From Hydrolagus colliei (Eukaryota), in contig CM068745.1 in NCBI GenBank assembly GCA_035084275.1, positions 53,072,001 through 53,136,000 of the forward strand: a stretch of DNA of 64,000 nt, written 5' to 3'. The notes under the pieces are model-generated. The model saw only the letters and a program-made list of their open reading frames with translations. It did no database searches and was not told where the DNA came from. Position 1 is the first letter of the stretch. Each line of letters starts with the position of its first letter. Shown piece by piece: positions 12,640 to 25,260 of the stretch. Both the position numbers and the translations under genes were made by a program.

Positions 12640-15600
12640 CCGAAGACGCTTCGCAATTCTACAATGCAGTACTGTATAATGAAGATATGGATGATCAAAA
12701 GATTTTAATAAAATGCCACTTTAATAAAATATGCTTCCTTCGTGGGAAAAAAAGCATTTCTGTTCTCTCACTTTATGCAATTAATCTCATCAATTGTATA
12801 CCAATTAGATTAAAGTTTAATGAACATTTCAGAAGAAAGAGATCAAGCTGCTTCTTTTAACGTAATTTGTAATCAAACGTTCGTTGGGTTTAATATGCCC
12901 CTGACATTACTGTTGTTTATAAGACTTGATTGGAATGTACACAGAAACATCTGGTTATATTCTAGTTTTTACTTTAGTGCTTATTTGATTTGCATAAAAC
13001 CAAAGAGGAGGATTTCAGTTACTATCCTGATGCAGATAATTTGAGGGCAAATCTGACAAAGGTACAATGCAGTGCATTTGTGTGCGTGGCATAATTCTAC
13101 CTAAATTGAGAGTGAGAAAGGATCTATAGAGTGCAGGAAGGTGAACCTGATTGCAACTCAAAAGCCAGTGGGTGGGGAGTTAGCTTGAGATCACTCAGGT
13201 ATGGATGTCTGCAGAGATACTGTATGTTTACCTCTCAGTTGGGGAATGAGACCTGGCAGTCGTATGACTTGAGGAGGAGAAAGCAAAGCAATTAAAAAAA
13301 AGAGTTGAATATCAGTAGTTCATACTTCTTCAAATAAGATGATTAACACAGGAACTTATGTACCTAAATATTTTTTGATAATTGGCCTGTGAAGGTAACT
13401 TTGCTGTTGATGTATAAATGCAACACATTTACCACCTCATTCAGTATAAAATAGTGTTACATTGAGAACATTAATAGATAAGCAGACATTGATGAATGTG
13501 CGTAAAACAATACCATAAGATTAACTGCATTTTGTTTTGTAATATCACTTTAAATAGATTTGATTTGGGTTTAAATTTAAACAGCAGCCAACTGCAGAGA
13601 AATGGACACTCAAACAAAAAAGTTTTGTGTGGAAGTACTCTCCAGACATTATTATTGTTTTGAATAGTTTAATAAAACAAAATGTAATACACTCTAAGTG
13701 CTACAAGATGGTACGCCATATGAAAGATTTATATAATTGAGAATAGTTGTCAATGTATTTATAAAATATTTGTACAGTTCCCCATTTTTGAATGTTCAGC
13801 ATATCATAGGTAGGACTGCTGGTTTTCAATAGATAATGTTGATATTAAATTTTTTGTTTCAATATTTAGTTATCCTTTTATCTTATAAGATGGGCATTGA
13901 CCCGATGATTAAGTAACTTCTAGCTTGCTGGCCTATGTGCAAGCAGCGCCACTAACGTAATTTCCTAGTGCAATGTTTAATTCTTCACGCCTTTTATCTA
14001 GTGAGGCGAACTCCACAAAACTAGTTGGTATAAGAAGAATAGATTTAACCGACCTTGACAGTGTAACCTTAGAATTTAATGAATCTGCTGCACCCAGACC
14101 AGTAAATTTACAGAGAATAAGATGTGTTCACCAGTTTTGTAAATCTAGTGCCCATTGCAGAACTTTTCTTATTCCTGCCCGGTCTTATCACTCTGACTGG
14201 TCGGCCTGCTATTTTATTCAGTGTTTCTGATTTTTTTTGTTGGTCAAGATTAAATTGCTGAACAAAGAAATCAATGGACAGCATTAAAAAGATTACAAAG
14301 CGCCTGTTTTTTTTAATTACCCATTTTCAGAACTACTGATCCAAGCAGTCTCAGCAAACTAGTTTTGTATTTATTGGGCTCCCATTGTATCTAAACTGCA
14401 TTTTAATGCGTGACATTTTAACAATTCTAAAAGTTACCCCATGCTCCTTCTAATGATACTACTTTTTCCATAGCCTGTTTATTATACTATAAAAATAAGT
14501 GGAAAACCGTCTTTATAATGAGCGTTTTAGCTCTATGAATTTTTCAATATATAGAAGCAGTAAAACATTTCCTTTCTGTTAGAACCACATGAGATAATTG
14601 CATACTGATTTGTTTCCAGTATTGCTTCCTTACTAAGATTATTCCATCTGCCAAGAACAGCTGTTACTTGAAAAATGAAGTCTGCTTCTCTTTACTTTTG
14701 ATATCCATTTGCAGCTTAATGAAATGGCATGTAGTCCACTTGCTCTGTTCCTTCCCAAACTCTCTCCCAACCCACCCCTTTATGTGTTTGTAATGATTAC
14801 ATTTGTTTCATTTTTTGGTGATAGTGATGAGTAACACTGAATAAGCAAAGTTTAAGTCAACCTTCTCTCTTGGTTTCAAAAAACACAAATCTCATCTGAA
14901 CTTGAAATAACAAAGTGCTTGAAGTGTTTTCCACTCACTTAAAATAATAATCCTTACATTTCCACGTTGGGAGGACATCTCACAAGATTTACTGTAAAGT
15001 GTAGTAACAGTGCATTTTTTTTTAGGTGAACCTCCTTTGTACAGGGCAAATTTTCTGATATTTTTCCCTCTGTTACACGTTTTAAGCATTTCCTGTACTG
15101 AATTTTGACAGTTTATTTCATCTTAATGCAACAAAGTCAGTTATTTTTAAGTGAACACTTTCATTGCAAAGCATATCGAGTAATGCTTTGTTTTCTTTAC
15201 CAAAGGAATATCTATTTTTTGGTCGCGCCAATTCTGTTCTTGTGTACTTCATGGTTAGACTTGTCAAGATTTTCTTGAAAAACATCAAACATTGATTTTT
15301 GGATTTTTTTTGTGAAGCCTCGTCTGATGCAAATCATTCTTTCCTGAATTAAAATTGTTATTACATTTCTTTTGAATAAATGAATTAAAACAAGTTGAAG
15401 CCTTAGAAATTGGGTTTAATGGGACTAAAGTAGGATGAATCTAAAAATGCATGTTTGAAGTGAGAATGTCTAGCCAATAAGGGCTTTTATACAGGGTACA
15501 AATATGGATACATTTTCTGTCCTCCTGGTGCAAAACTGTTGTTGGAAAAGGCAAAGAAAATCAGTAAATATCAAAAAAGTAAATTAAAATTAATTGCCAC

Positions 15601-15867
15601 ACAGATAAAATTGGTCATGCACTTTGTGGCTGTTTGTGGGATATTGTTATGTACAAATTAGCCTTCATGTTAATCCACAAAATGGTTGTTTCAATTACTG
15701 TATGTTCTGCTGACATGAATGCTGCTATGAAATAGAAATACAAGATTTATTTTTATTACTAAAAATAATGCTCAAGGCATTGTGTCCCAGCAGGAGTCCA
15801 TGCCTTCAGAGAGGAGTGGGACCAAAGGAATATTTTTATTCGTAAGGAAGAGACACATGTCTTTTCT

Positions 15868-15966
15868 AGAGGAATCCTGTAACTCTGGTTAGAACACTCG
15901 CGTCGTAAGCAAGAGATTGGAGTTTGATTCCCGGCATGGCAAAACCTTGGGGCAAGTTTCCTTACT
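15868..15966 (+). mobile_element. tRNA-derived SINE 5' head fragment
   Basis: cctgtaactctggttagaacactc...gagtttgattcccggca..gcaaaaccttggggcaagtttccttac matches the head at 23231. Confidence 0.7.
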
Positions 15967-16094
15967 TGTGCTTGGTCTGTAGAGGAGAGAAGACTGATGG
16001 TTCGAATGGCTTAACAGCAAAAGCTTGTGTACTTAAGTCTAATTTTATACTCCTATTAGCATGGGTTTGCTTCACTTGAATGCTATTGATAAGT

Positions 16095-16478
16095 AATCGT
16101 TACATCTAATTTAGTACCTTATCATGTCATCATAACATTTCAAAGTTGTAGTAAGCAATTACTTTATATTCATAGGCAAACGCAGCAGCTGAATTTAAGC
16201 ACAGTGTCTAACAATCATGGAGTTAATAATCAATTTTCTAGGGAATTCTTGACCAGGTAACCAGGGTAAACTCTTCTCTTGTTGAATAGTATCATGAGAT
16301 TTTAAACATCCACCTGAATAGACAGATGGGATTTCAGTTTAACATCTCACTCAAAGGATGACACTTTTAATAATGCAGCACCTCCTCCCCCTCCCAGCCC
16401 TGGACAACAAGCTGAACATTCTGAAGAAAGGTTTGAACCTTCTGACTCAGAGACAACAGTGCTTCCAATGGAACTAGG
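16095..16478 (-). mobile_element. Degenerate SINE (Deu-type core)
   Basis: catccacctgaatagacagatggg..cagtttaacatctcac and ggtttgaaccttctgactcagag motifs shared with other copies. Confidence 0.7.
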
Positions 16479-17792
16479 TATTTATTCTACAGTTTATTTG
16501 AATTTAACTTGTAGTTTCCATTTAAAGTCTGCTTTTGCCAAACCATTCAGGATATGAAATGACAAAAGGCCATCCCACTAATGCTCATCCTGAAAGGTGC
16601 ATTACAAGTGCATGGAAAATAGAGTGAATTAGTATGAGCACTTCCCTCTAGAGGTGGGCATCAATATCAGTGCGAAATTACAGTACTAGACTGTACTGAT
16701 AATATCTGACTAAGAACTTCATGTTGCCAATATATTACTGTGTGATTAGAATTTTGAATTTCCTTTTAATATACTACCATCTTTGAGGTTAGGATTTTGG
16801 TGGGCAATTTTCTTTTGAGCACCTTCAGGATTTTTCAGCTGTTGATACCTGTGCTGAAAAAAGGTGAAACTTCACTTAAATCAGACTGTCTGCAAGAATA
16901 GCATACATCCACTTGCATCTAAACTAACTCTATTTGACACTTTATACTTCCAAACCTTATTGTTATCAATGCTCAGGCAACAATAAGGGAGTTATTTTCA
17001 GTCCATTGCATCGTGGTGCGGGCTGTTCTACTCGTGTTTCTGAGGTTTCAACTAGAATACAAGAGGATGGTGATCCATGAGACCTTTGTGTTATGGGAGA
17101 CTCCAGGATAGATCAGAACATTTTTCCCACCGCAAGTGCAGTCAACACTATGGCATTGCTGAGAATACTCACAACCATAGGGTTTCATTAACATTTTGAC
17201 AGCACCCTTTTTGACAACCTTTCATCTCTTGTCAGAGTTGTAGTGATTTCAGATCAGATTGATGCAGTGGATCTTTATCAGCCACGGCTCCCCCTGTAGT
17301 AAAGTTTGAGTTCGGTCATTATCAAGATCTAACTTGAACAAGGTTGCAATAATAATGTGCAAAATTTTGCACATCTCAAGAAAAGGTCAGTGCTACAGCA
17401 GACCTTTGAATCAATCACCCATTCAACACGGGCAACTTTGTCTTAGTCGCTGTACTCCAATTAAGTACCTGCCAATTTAACCAGGACAAAGTATCTATTC
17501 AGTTTATTCTTTGTGACACAAAATAATCAAATTCTAAAACCACAAGCAGTTATTCAATAGGAAAGGAAGGCATTCAAGTCATGTATGCAAATCTGACACA
17601 GCAACACAGTATGCAAATCCTCAGCAAGTCCCAAGATGTTCTTGACAAGTCAGCAATGATCCAGTCAGTTCTGATGCTCATAACTTTGCTTTTCATTACT
17701 TTCTTTCCAATGACATCAATGTATTACAAACACCATGTAATGTTGTTCTCTTTCACTGACTCAGCTGAAACCCTGAACTAAGGATGAGAATT

Positions 17793-17813
17793 CCCCCCCC
17801 CCCCCCCCCCCCC
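17793..17813 (+). repeat. Poly(C)21
   Basis: Directly visible homopolymer. Confidence 0.95.
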
Positions 17814-18627
17814 ACCACCCAGAATTCAGATTTACCAGATAAATCTGGTAAATCCATTTAAGGTAAATCAGGGTTGAGTTATGTGGAGTTTAATGTACTT
17901 TATCACTGATGCCTGGTGTGGTGGTCATCCAATAACTTACTGAAAAGGCCATTCTATGCTTATGGCCTAACCAGTGCATGCTGGAAGGTTAATCCGCTGC
18001 AGCCCATCACAGCCATGGCTGATGTACAGATATACATCTTCCAGTAATAGTGCTAGTTTGAAAATACATATTACTTTGTGATATTTTATAATTCAGGAGC
18101 TGAGCAGCTGCTGTGCCACCGAATGGTGTGATGGGCGGGAGTTGGATGAGGAATATGTATTGTTGCAGGACAAGAGCCTGGTTTAATGCAAATTGAACAA
18201 AATATTGTAGTGGTGCAACTTGACTGCAAATGATTCAGCACCAGTTCAGTTTCATTTGAGGTTTCATTCCTGTCTTAAAGTGTTTGATGTTGCCACTCGT
18301 CATTCCTGTAGTTCCTTTTGGTTTAAGCAGGGTATGAGTTAAAATTTGATTAAATACGGTAACACCTCATTGAAGTGATTTAAGTAAAGCAGATTACAAA
18401 GTCATTATAGTGTCATTATTTGCTTTAGAGTTACAATCAAATACCCAAGTAGTAATTTAACACTGGAGGTAAGACACCATCTGTTTTACGCAAATCCATG
18501 ATAATAAGCAGAGTTGAGGTTATCCTGATCAAACATTGAGTGGACTGTGCTACTTTCCCTCTAATGATCCACTGAAGGAAGAACATACACACATGTCCAT
18601 CCTTGATGGGTAAGCCTTCAACTACTT

Positions 18628-18905
18628 TGTTGTCAGCCTGGCGCACTCTCGCCTCTGAATGGGAATGTTGTGGGTTCAAGCTCCACGCCAGGACTTGGAC
18701 TCCTGACCAACAATCTCCCAAATAAAACTGGTCATTCATTTTCTGGCTGTTTGTGTAACTTGCAGTGCAATTGAGGTGGCATGTTCACCTTCAAATATAC
18801 AGTCACTCCACTTCGCATTAAATCCTTTGAAGTACTTTGGGACATCCTTCCGATGTGAAAGGTGCTATACCAAATATAAGGATTATAATGCCAGATTGTT
18901 GTTTT
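18628..18905 (+). mobile_element. SINE, internally deleted
   Basis: gcactctcgcctctgaat...tgtgggttcaagctccac head (B-box-like) and gtgaaaggtgctatac tail. Confidence 0.7.
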
Positions 18906-20194
18906 TGACCACAAAATGCAGAATATGTACAAAATGCACTTTACAGTATACGCTGTGAAGCGCTTTGAAACATCTCAACGAATGTGATAAGCCAGAATGC
19001 AGTGATTGTTATTATTATTTGTTCCTACTCTCTAGAAGTCACTTCAAAAATCCCTGCATCATACCATTCTGCTTTCAAAACCTTTCTAAAAATCTTTTGA
19101 TTGCATCTTGAGTCATTTCCTCCTTCCTCCCATTTCCCCACTCAGTTTGAACTTCCACTCTGTCTCTGTTTTGAGGTATTATCCCGTGTGAAAGCTGCTA
19201 AATACGTACGAGTTGATTTTGTAAGGAGATAAAGACCAAGAAATTCAATTAATGTTAGCCCTAAGAACATTTTGTCTTGAAATTTAAGATATTGCAGGAT
19301 TGTGAAAAAATCTTGAATTTGCTCCTAATTTAGAAGTTGTTTTTCTCACAATTTGTGAAAAGAACGAGCTCCCATATTAAGCCTGGAGTTCAATTCCAGT
19401 TTTCATTTGCGGTTTCAATCTTGTCTTAAATTTTGACATTTGTTATTCCTGCAGTTCCTGTTTATTTTAGAAGAGTAAGGGTCAAGATTTGATTAAACAA
19501 GGTAACGAGCTGAGCTAGACATGAGAGGCCAACTGGCCTCTTATATTAAAAACTGTAACATTTTCCACTTTGTACTCAGCGGGATCCCAATGTCCATGAG
19601 GATAATTGTTGATCAATTGGTGCTACATTCACAGCAATTTTGTGTGGCGAGACCATGGTTTCAGGAAGCAATTTTATGTACGATTTACAACCAACAAACA
19701 AGATACTTTTAACCTTTCAAACTGAGCTGCATTAGAATCCTTTATTCTTTCTTATCTGAATTATCACTTACAACAACAAAATTAAACTTGAATAGCGCCT
19801 TTCACGTCAGGAGGACGTCCCAAGGCGTTGACTGACTTATAGTCATTCTCAAATGTGGGTCACAGGCGTTATCCAGATCAGGCTTTGGGAGGGTAACTCA
19901 GCTGTGTAGCCCACATAACACTGCTCACAGTTCTTCATTCTCCAAACTACTCAAAGTCTGTCTACTCACCGAGCCCAACATCAATAACCTGATGTAGTTA
20001 AGGGGAATTTAAGTGTATAAATTGTATAACAGAACGAATGTTATACATCCAGACTACAATGTTATGTTAAAGTACACCAGGGCCAGAGATTGGAAATGGA
20101 AATGAGCAAAAATAAATTGCGAGAGAGAATTACTGGTACAAGTGAATGGGTGACTGAAACCATCAAATGTACTACCTCGATGACCTACAATATC

Positions 20195-20395
20195 CAGTAA
20201 AAGCCCATTTATCCGGCACCCTTGGGACCTGGCCAATGCCAGTTGAAGCGCGTGCCGGATATTCGGCCGAAAACACACACACAAAAAAACATTTTTCTGG
20301 ATAAATTCCGGTTAATCGAATACGGACCTTTTTTTGAGATGCCAGTTATACGGAAGTTACGGTTGATCGGATGCCGGATAAATGTGCTTTTACTG
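20195..20395. mobile_element. Tigger-type MITE, CAGTAAAAGCCC family, copy A (~200 bp)
   Basis: TIRs cagtaaaagcccatttatccggcac / atgccggataaatgtgcttttactg, followed by TA. Homologous to 36264, 50317 and 59295. Confidence 0.85.
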
Positions 20396-23230
20396 TACAA
20401 CACTTTACAGTAAATTCTGCTAAGCACTTTGGGATGTCAATGTCATCAAATTCTGTATCACATGCAAGTAATATTGTTACTAATGTTTACCCTGAAGGAT
20501 TATTGATAGTGGTAACATTAACGTAAACTCACTGAGAGAGAAAAAATGCTGTTTAACAGGAAATTCGCATGCATGTGCGTGCTGGAACAGATCCCTTCCT
20601 GTTTCGTTTGTAAAGATCGAAATCTTACAACTGAGAAATCCATATCCCTAATATACCAGATTGGTTCAGGAAGATATAAATTCATTTGATCATAATGTGC
20701 ACTTGTTTTGAGCAGGTGGCGAGGGGATTTGGGATTACTCTGGGGAGTAAAGGCTACATTGTCCGTGTAAGAATACTTTTTGTTGGGATGTCCCCCATGG
20801 AATCTCATTGTTTTAGAAAGACCGAGTGCATGAACAGCATCTAAAGAATAGGAAAAAGTGAACCGAACAAAGTTAAACTTTCCAGCAAATAACTCTTCAA
20901 ACTATACTCCAGCTGCTGTGAGACTCTAAATATTACTTTAGGTTGTTCATTTAGGTAAATAATTCTTTGCACTTAACTTGGATTCTTTCATACCTCCACC
21001 TCTCGTCTCCTGCCTGAGGCAATGATTAATGCTGGGAATCCTTTCTTTCAAAGAAAGAAAGGATTTTTTTCTCTAAAAAGCCAAGTGGAAATTCTTTATA
21101 AGTCAGCAAGACAGTTTGTGCGGGGGAACTTACATTTGTCACAAAGTGGATCTCTAGCTAATATCTTTCCATGTTCCCTCAGTCAATCTTGTCGCTGCCA
21201 ATATCCCTCAGCACTGACGCAAATAACTCAGGGGATCCAACCTGGCATCTTCTGGTCTAAGCCACCAGAGAGTTTTATTTGCTGAAATTCTTGATCAAAT
21301 TTCTGCCATTTTATTCACAGAATATTGGTTGAAATTGTTGACAATTGGTTAAAGGAGGAACCCTCCACCCCCTGCATTCTCAATGGTGACGTTTGAAAAG
21401 GTAACTCTGAATTCAAGTAATTCCTTTAAAGTGTATTGTGTTCCATTAGTTCAAAATAATTCCCGCTTGAAAGGCTGATTAGTTAGCGGGCAGGAAATAG
21501 AACAAAACTTTGATTTTAGGCTCATAGGAAAGGCTGCAATTCATGAGCCTGCTTTTGCCATTGTCAGTAGCATTGAATGGATGGGTGTACAGACCTATTT
21601 CTGCTCCTTTAGTGTGCTAAGTATCACTTAGATCACACTTTGACTCCATTGTTGTTTGGATATCAGTAATTTGAAGATGGAACAGATATAAATATAGTTA
21701 AATGACAGCCCGAGTGCAGTTTTTTTTTCAAATTCATAAATACATTTGAAGAACCCTTTCTCTAATACTTTGTTCTCTGAAGGATAAAATAAATTATTCT
21801 TCCTTCAATGGCTTCTCGAATCTAACCACTGTTTTTTTGTTGATGGGAATGACCCTTGCAATGAGAAAGCTGAAACATCTGGACAGACAAAAAGAATACA
21901 TTTGTGGAAAAGAAACAGCAGAAGATAGCTAAGAGAAAAAAGAAAAAGTGGTTCTGCTAGACTTGTGACACTAAAAAGAAGCAGTTTAGACCTAGATGTG
22001 CTTCATTAACCATTTGCATACAAGACAAAGGAGCTCAGTGAAATGGTTGGAAGTGATTGCGGGACTAATTTTCCACAACATAAACTCAGTGTCTCCTTTA
22101 TTCCCTGGTAAATGTGGCCTGTCAGATCGAGCTTGTGTCACAGTCTGTGTATCATGTGAACTTGTCTGTGTCCTACACCTACATTATGTGACTAACTTCA
22201 GCAGCATCATGTACAGAGTCAAGAGCAGAGAGGAAGAGATGCTGAAACACTCAGTTAATAATAATAATAACATTAATAACTTGTTATTATTTGGACACAG
22301 CCCTTGACTAGCTAACAATATTCCAAACTCAGTACTTTCTCAAAGCCTGGAGGATGGAGGATTTTGTTATTAAACATAATTCATGTGGTGGCATGGTGCT
22401 GAAATTTATTAAAATACATTTAAACTGGCAAGTCACCCAAGACAAACTCTAGCATACATTTCTTCTTGATTTACACTGGGTGTATTTTCTATTGTTTTCT
22501 GTGCACTCTTTGTTATCTGCCCTTTTAGCGGGATCTTACTGTTAAAAAAACGGTTTGAGTTTAACTGGAATGTAACCCGTATAAACATCTTAAATAAATA
22601 GATATTGTTTAGTCAACAATAGTATTTTGACTCGCTTGTACAGTATTGGTAAAATCATTTGAGTTTAAGAACCTCAATTAACTAAGACACAATCAATTTA
22701 GTCTTTCAATTGATCTGATGTTTTCTTTTCTGCAGCTCGGTACTGATCATGTCCTATATTGTAAGTAGTCTGGGTACAGTATAGCTCTTCAAATGACCTG
22801 TTTATCATTTTCTGTGGTACAATATAGATGGGGCCCCTTTTGCTCATGGGCATTACTTGGTCACAGTCTCTGCCATTGTGAGCCACCATTTATTTTCAAT
22901 TAATTTTACTTTTGTTAAAAGTTCCTGCTTTGTCCCGAAACTGATGCAGAAACTGTGCATTGGGATCAGCGTGTTCAAGTGCCGGGTACTGAATTAATCC
23001 TGGCTCAACTAATTTTAAATGCACACCATTGAGCCAAGAAGAATGTTGTATATTTGAATGTTGTGATCGCATTATTAACATTTATAAAATAGAGATGCAG
23101 ATATTCAACACGGTGCAGAATGTTTTGCCTCTCGGCCGAGAGTTCATCTTAATTTGTAGGTAATACGATCATGAAGTGTATAGAGATTGAAAGCAGGATG
23201 TGAAACATATCTCTGCTACATTGTAGTCCT

Positions 23231-23546
23231 GTGGAGCCCGGTAGCTCAGTGGTTAGAGCACTCTCCTTACAAACGAGAGGGCTGGATTCAATTCCTGGCA
23301 GGGTGAAAGCTTGGGCAAGTTTCCGTACTCCACACGCCTAATAATAGTCCCGCAAAAGAAAACAATAATGAATCGGTCATTTCAATCCACGACCATTTGT
23401 AGGACGCTGCTGTGCACAATTGACTGCCGTGTTTTACCCACAAATAAATATACAGTCAATTCACTTTACAGTATATTCTGTGAAGTGCTTTGAGACGTCT
23501 AGAAGACGTGAAATGCGCTATATCAGATGCAAGGATTATTATTATT
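23231..23546 (+). mobile_element. tRNA-derived SINE with L2-like tail
   Basis: A-box tagctcagtggttagagc, B-box-like ggattcaattcc, body, and tail gcgctatatcagatgcaaggattattattatt. Confidence 0.85.
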
Positions 23547-23816
23547 GTCTGATAACAATGACTCCTGCCTCCATGTAGTAAGCGTTGGATCTTTGTAGCT
23601 TTACACTTATGTGAAAACTTGCTGCTGGTTTTTTGAACATCCTTCATGGTAACATAATCCTTCACAAGCAGCTGTTTTGGGAATAGATTTTAAATACTAA
23701 ATACATCATTTAAATTGTCACATTTATGTTGCTTCCTTTCTGGTAATTGAGTGTTCCAGTAGTGATGTCAAGTGTTGGATGTCACCAATGTTCCTTGAAT
23801 TATATCTGTTCATTAA

Positions 23817-24324
23817 ATAGAATCATACAGTGCAGAAGGAGGCCATTCTGCCCATCGTGTCTGCATCGGCTCCAAAAAGAGCAATCAAACTCAATTCCAC
23901 CGGCCTGCTTTCTCTCCATAGCCTCCTCAAATACCCATCTACTTCCTCTCTTAAAAGTTGTTATTGAATCGACTTCCACTACCCCTTCAGGTAATGCATT
24001 CCAGATTCGAACAACTCGCTCTGTAAATATTTTTTTCCTAACCTCCCCTCTGTTTCTTTTAACAAGAATCTTAAATCGGTGTCCTCGAGTTACTGACCCA
24101 CATACCAGTGGAAACTGTTTTTCCTGGTTCAATCTATCAAATCTCTTTATGATCTTGAAAACCTCTATTGAATCCCTTCTTAATCTTCTCTGCTCTAGGG
24201 AGAACAATTCTAGTTTCACTAACATCTCATAACTAAGGTCCTTCATTCCTGGTACCATCCTGGTAAATCGCCTTTGTACCTTCTCTGATGCCTTAATGTC
24301 TTCCCTAAAGTACGGTGTCCACAT
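23817..24324 (-). mobile_element. CR1 LINE 3' fragment
   Basis: WTPYFREDI..EKVQRRFTRMVPG..LFSLEQRRLRRD..TRGHRFKI..RVVRIWNALPE, with CR1 3' UTR (aatggcctccttctg...atgattcta). Confidence 0.92.
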
Positions 24325-24696
24325 GACTTCATCTCATGTCATATTGTGGAACAACTGCCAGGAATAGAGTAAATTTCATTTTGGTGGATAAATTTGAAAG
24401 TGCATATTTAAACAACTAAAACTACATTTGTATAACGCATTTAATGTCGGGAGGACGTCCTGATGCTATGGACAGTCAATGTTTCAGACCCGAGCTAGGA
24501 TCGGGGAGGGTGAATGTGTAAGCATCTTAAATTCTGCATTTATCCCTTTACATGGGAAAAGTGCAGTATTTCATACCTGATCAATGTAATATCGCACCAA
24601 ATGTTCCGAAACACTGTAATTTCAATAAATAATTACAGACTCATTTTGAATGTTGGCACTCTCCTTCACACTAAGTCCCATTGATTGGTATCTGTT

Positions 24697-24895
24697 AATA
24701 ATAATAATAATCCTTGCATTTGATATAGCAGTATTTCATATCTTCTAGATGTCTTAAAGCACTTCACAGAATATACTGTAAAATGAATTGACTTTATTTG
24801 TGGGTGAAACACGGCAGCCAATTGCACAAAGCAATGTTCCACAAACAGTCGTGGATTGATAGTTTTTCAATTAGTTTTTTCTTGAGGGATTATTA
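24697..24895 (-). mobile_element. SINE 3' half
   Basis: (TAA)n ccttgcatttgatatagc...cacttcacagaatatactgtaa...cacggcagccaattgcac is the reverse of the 23231-family tail. Confidence 0.8.
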
Positions 24896-25004
24896 TCAGT
24901 AAAGTTGTTATCAAGAGTGAAATTAAGCCATAGAGAAATCAGAAATCTCCATTTGAATTCTCAGATTGTACTGAGTGAGTTAATTTTGAGTGACGTTAAA
25001 CCAA

Positions 25005-25260
25005 GCTCCTACCTTGTCTTACGGGTGGACCTCAAAGATCCCACCTCACTATTCAAAAAGCGAAGGAAGTTTCTCCTGGTGTCAGGGCCAAAAATCCCCC
25101 AGATAAAATTGGTCATTTGCTTCATAGCAGTTTTAGTGACATTGCTGAGTGCAAATTGGCTGCTACATTTGCTTACAAAATATACAGTCAATACCCTATT
25201 ATAGTAAATGATGTGAAGCACTTTGAGACATCCTGCTGACATGAACAGTCCATACCAATT
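25005..25260 (+). mobile_element. SINE (Deu-type core) 3' part
   Basis: gacgttaaacc...gggtggac..aaagatccca...gtttctcctggtgtcagggccaa...gtgcaaattggctgc motifs. Confidence 0.7.

Noticed and set aside
23231-23305. tRNA gene
   Set aside because: A/B boxes continue directly into a SINE body and tail, related heads occur at 15868, 38720 and 52134, and there is no convincing cloverleaf or terminator.
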